Assembly (NCBI GenBank): GCA_963754875.1
Contig: CAVWHO010000013.1
Coordinates: 160,001-224,000, forward strand
Source: Nitrospirota bacterium
Lineage (GTDB): Bacteria; Nitrospirota; UBA9217
DNA length: 64,000 bases
Direction: 5' to 3'
The position numbers and the translations under genes were made by a program. The notes beneath the pieces are model-generated. The model was not told where the DNA came from and ran no database searches. It saw only the letters and a list, made by a program, of their open reading frames with translations. Positions 62,025 through 64,000 of the stretch are shown here, piece by piece (within the stretch, counting starts at the first letter, position 1; every line of letters starts with the position of its first letter).

Positions 62025-63344
62025 ATGAAAAAAATATTCGTACTCGATACCAATGTTCTGCTTCATGACCCCCACGCAATTTTTTCCTTTGAGGACAACG
62101 AAGTAGTCATCCCCATCGTCGTAATCGAGGAACTGGACAAGTTCAAGAAAGGCATCGACGAAATCGGCAGGAACGCGCGCCAGGTCTCGCGAATCCTCGA
62201 CGAATTACGGCAAAAAGGGAAGCTTTCCCAGGGCGTCGAACTCGATGGTGGCGGGAGCTTGTGCGTCGAGCTCAACCACCAATCGCCGGAGCACTTGCCG
62301 AATGAGCTTGTGGCAACCAAGGCGGACAATCGCATCCTCGCCACGGCGCTCAACCTGAAGCACGACAACCTGCCGGTGGTCCTCGTGACTAAGGACACGA
62401 ACCTCCGCATCAAGGCCGATGCTCTTGGTCTGAAAGCGGAGGATTTCGAGTCGGACAACATTACGCTTGACGAGCTTTATTCCGGTGAGACGGAATTAGC
62501 TGTCGAGCCGGGCGCAATCGATGAATTTTATGCAAAGGGCGAGTTCACGCCCCCTGCCGGTCCCAACCTTTTCCCGAACGAGTTTGTATTGCTTAAGAAC
62601 AGCGCCAACCCGTCACAAACGGCATTAGCGCGGTATCAACAGCAAAAGAACGTCCTCGTTCCCATTGTGAACGCCAAACACGGTGTGTGGGGCATCAATG
62701 CACGGAACAAGCAGCAGCAGTTTGCCCTCGACCTGCTCCTGAACGACGATATCCGCCTGGTAACGCTCGTGGGGAGGGCCGGTACGGGCAAGACGCTCCT
62801 GGCGCTTGCTGCAGGACTGGACAAGACGATCGAGAGCAGGGCGTTCCAGCGGCTCGTGGTCTCGCGCCCTGTGTTCCCGCTCGGTAAGGACATTGGGTTT
62901 CTGCCCGGCGACATCGAGGAGAAGCTCAGACCCTGGATGCAGCCGATCCGGGACAACCTCGATTTTCTTATGGGCGCATCGACCATGTCCGGCCGCGCAA
63001 AAGGCAAGAAAGACCTTCAGGGCCTCTTCGACCTCGGCATGATCGAGGTGGAACCGCTCACCTATATTCGCGGACGGAGCATGCCGAACCAGTATCTGAT
63101 CGTGGACGAGGCCCAGAACCTGACGCCGCACGAGATCAAAACGATCATCACGCGTGCAGGCGAGGGGACCAAGGTCGTCCTGACGGGCGATCCCTATCAG
63201 ATCGACAATCCGTATATCGACTCGTCGAGCAACGGTCTCACCTTCGTCGTCGAGCGGTTCAAGGAAGAGTCCATCGCCGGCCACATTACGCTGGTGAAAG
63301 GAGAACGCTCCGACCTCGCGGAACTTGCCGCGACACTGTTATAG
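62025..63344 (+). CDS. PIN-PhoH fusion protein (PhoH2/YlaK-like)
   Basis: VLDTNVLLHDP PIN domain; GRAGTGKT, GFLPG, IRGRS, DEAQN. Confidence 0.94.
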   Translation: MKKIFVLDTNVLLHDPHAIFSFEDNEVVIPIVVIEELDKFKKGIDEIGRNARQVSRILDELRQKGKLSQGVELDGGGSLCVELNHQSPEHLPNELVATKADNRILATALNLKHDNLPVVLVTKDTNLRIKADALGLKAEDFESDNITLDELYSGETELAVEPGAIDEFYAKGEFTPPAGPNLFPNEFVLLKNSANPSQTALARYQQQKNVLVPIVNAKHGVWGINARNKQQQFALDLLLNDDIRLVTLVGRAGTGKTLLALAAGLDKTIESRAFQRLVVSRPVFPLGKDIGFLPGDIEEKLRPWMQPIRDNLDFLMGASTMSGRAKGKKDLQGLFDLGMIEVEPLTYIRGRSMPNQYLIVDEAQNLTPHEIKTIITRAGEGTKVVLTGDPYQIDNPYIDSSSNGLTFVVERFKEESIAGHITLVKGERSDLAELAATLL

Positions 63345-63467
63345 AGTACCGTACGAACTGCCCTATGTAGAGTAGGGAGTCCGACGTACAAATTGTGAAG
63401 GTCAAACAGTACTCCGACCGGCAACTGTCAGCCGTGAACGTCGAGTAGAACAATAGGGCGAAAGGAT

Positions 63468-64000
63468 ATGCAAAGATATAAACAGACATTCCATGCAATT
63501 TTTTTGATCGTGAGCGGGCTGGCCTCACTCTTTGTGCTGACCGAGCTCGTCATGAAGTCTTTCGGGAAGAGCCTCTGTGTTACCGAAGGATGCAAGATGA
63601 CCGCGCAGTCGGCGAGGTTCGGTGATGTTTCCATATTCCTCGTCGGGCTCGCAACATTTTTATCTTTCGCCTCACTCACGCTTCTGAACCGGCGTATCCG
63701 GAAGCCGGTGATCGAACGGCTGATAAATCTCATCCTTGTCGTCGCACTGGCAGGTGAAGGGTTCTTCATGGGGTATCTGGCATTCAGGATCCACACGCTC
63801 TGCCTCTTCTGCGTCACGATCTTCTGTTTTATGGTCGCCCTCGGCATCGCCAGGCTCCTCTCAGGAGAAAAAGATATCCTCGCCGGATTCGCTGCCCTTT
63901 TTGCGATTTTCATCATTCAGTATCTTGTCCTTCCTGCCGGCGTGCCCGTAACCCTGCCGGTCAATGAACGGCTCATCCTGTTTTACAGCAAAGACTGCAA
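63468..64000 (+). CDS. VKOR-like membrane protein followed by a probable thioredoxin-like domain (partial)
   Basis: Manual translation MQRYKQTF..LCVTEGCKM..HTLCLFCVTI..LILFYSKDC; loop Cys pair plus TM CxxC. Confidence 0.7.
   Translation, partial: MQRYKQTFHAIFLIVSGLASLFVLTELVMKSFGKSLCVTEGCKMTAQSARFGDVSIFLVGLATFLSFASLTLLNRRIRKPVIERLINLILVVALAGEGFFMGYLAFRIHTLCLFCVTIFCFMVALGIARLLSGEKDILAGFAALFAIFIIQYLVLPAGVPVTLPVNERLILFYSKDC

Noticed and set aside
1..64000. CRISPR array or cas operon
   Set aside because: No regularly spaced direct repeats with unique spacers. The PD-(D/E)xK domains belong to AddB, DUF559 and a DinG-type helicase with no cas neighbours.

Overview
A 64-kb stretch of core chromosome from a moderately GC-rich bacterium. 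The gene content suggests an anaerobic or microaerotolerant Nitrospirota- or Desulfobacterota-like organism; this is inference, not a database result. Gene blocks in order: nuoA-J (complex I, fused NuoCD); ihfA-merR-tRNA-Pro; rubrerythrin-Rrf2-cydAB; a nuclease-XPD/DinG helicase; surE-pcm; crcB-DUF190-PAP2; nifU-like; rnfCDGEAB; gcvH-lpdA; a beta-barrel OMP; a second flavoprotein disulfide reductase; degP; addAB-like helicase-nuclease; fdx-trxA-tlpA-tRNA-Gly; cobUTSC; a TPP riboswitch with thiSGEC-M23-thiD; an IS630; rph; LysR and IclR regulators; larE-purD-nif3-purE-DUF89-tsaC-phoH; and a VKOR-like gene. Several genes carry single-base frameshifts, probably long-read indel errors. The most striking unexplained structure is intergenic: at least five families of short palindromic or inverted-repeat elements occupy most non-overlapping gene junctions inside conserved operons. 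One family includes a gene-bearing member (a DUF559 endonuclease between two hairpin arms, inserted in the nuo operon) plus two empty copies. Several elements supply ribosome-binding sites or are translated as protein tails (LarE, NuoA, ThiS). No CRISPR array or rRNA was seen.
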